A stretch of DNA of 64,000 bases from Parcubacteria group bacterium (GTDB lineage: Bacteria; Patescibacteriota; Minisyncoccia; JACPHC01). The position numbers and the translations under genes are program-made. Location: NCBI GenBank assembly GCA_016188775.1, contig JACPHC010000007.1, forward strand, positions 28,097-92,096. Direction: 5' to 3'. Positions 63,589 to 64,000 of this stretch are shown piece by piece; within the stretch, counting starts at the first letter, position 1, and each line of letters opens with the position of its first letter. A model generated the notes under the pieces. The model did not search any database and was not told the origin of the DNA. It saw only the letters and a program-made list of their open reading frames with translations.

Positions 63589-64000
63589 ATGATTAAAAAT
63601 ATATTCACAAAACAAAATTTAAAGCGAGTCGGGATTGTTATTTTAGGTCTTCTCGCTCTTTTTTTTATCATTATCTTAGCCGGGGATAAATATTACAAAT
63701 ATAGCCAAGAAAAAGCTCAAAAGAAACTTGTTGAGGAAATGAACAGGCCTTATTTGGAAGATACTTATGGAGGAAAAACGCCGGAGGAGACTTTCGCGAT
63801 GTTTTTGGACGCGCTTAAAAAAGGAGATATTGAATTGGCGAGTAAGTATTTTGTGATTGGTAATTTTCAAGAAGAGAATAAAAAATATCTAAAAATATTA
63901 GAAGAAAAAAATAATTTATCACAGTCAATTCAACAATGGGAAGACGCATTAATCTCCGGAACCAAATTTGAAGGAGAAAAAAATGATTATTCTATAACCT
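63589..64000 (+). CDS. Membrane-anchored hypothetical protein (3' truncated by window; absent from ORF track)
   Basis: MIKNIF..TM..EDTYGGKTPEETFAMFLDALKKGDIELASKYF. Confidence 0.7.
   Translation, partial: MIKNIFTKQNLKRVGIVILGLLALFFIIILAGDKYYKYSQEKAQKKLVEEMNRPYLEDTYGGKTPEETFAMFLDALKKGDIELASKYFVIGNFQEENKKYLKILEEKNNLSQSIQQWEDALISGTKFEGEKNDYSIT

Overview
AT-rich genomic window, translated with code 11, whose gene content is typical of Patescibacteria/CPR (Parcubacteria-like); this taxonomy is inferred from gene content only. Housekeeping genes: recG, ligA, gatCA, murD, pheST, gyrB, gdhA. Other loci: six tRNAs; a complete type IV pilus/competence locus (comF, pilMNO(P)B, pilT, pilC, pilins, pilD); a histidine kinase cluster with stand-alone receivers; a decayed island at tRNA-Ser(GCT) with serine recombinase and IS200 relics; a divergent cell-wall enzyme pair; an ECF sigma operon; a 1270-aa S-layer-like protein followed by two O-antigen-ligase/TPR genes; and a TrpR-like regulator. 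The most unusual signal is non-coding. (i) Small CCCG..CGGG terminal-inverted-repeat elements with 4-bp duplications sit exactly on start codons or on the prepilin G|F cleavage site and rebuild them. (ii) A second element family sits between duplicated AATAAA cores, twice at stop codons. (iii) A 36-bp palindrome recurs near three tRNAs. (iv) Two tRNAs carry duplicated 3' ends around short inserts. (v) A 64-bp perfect palindrome shares an operator-like motif with the promoter of the TrpR-like gene. (vi) A receiver gene starts at the base right after a tRNA CCA end. No CRISPR array or rRNA was seen.
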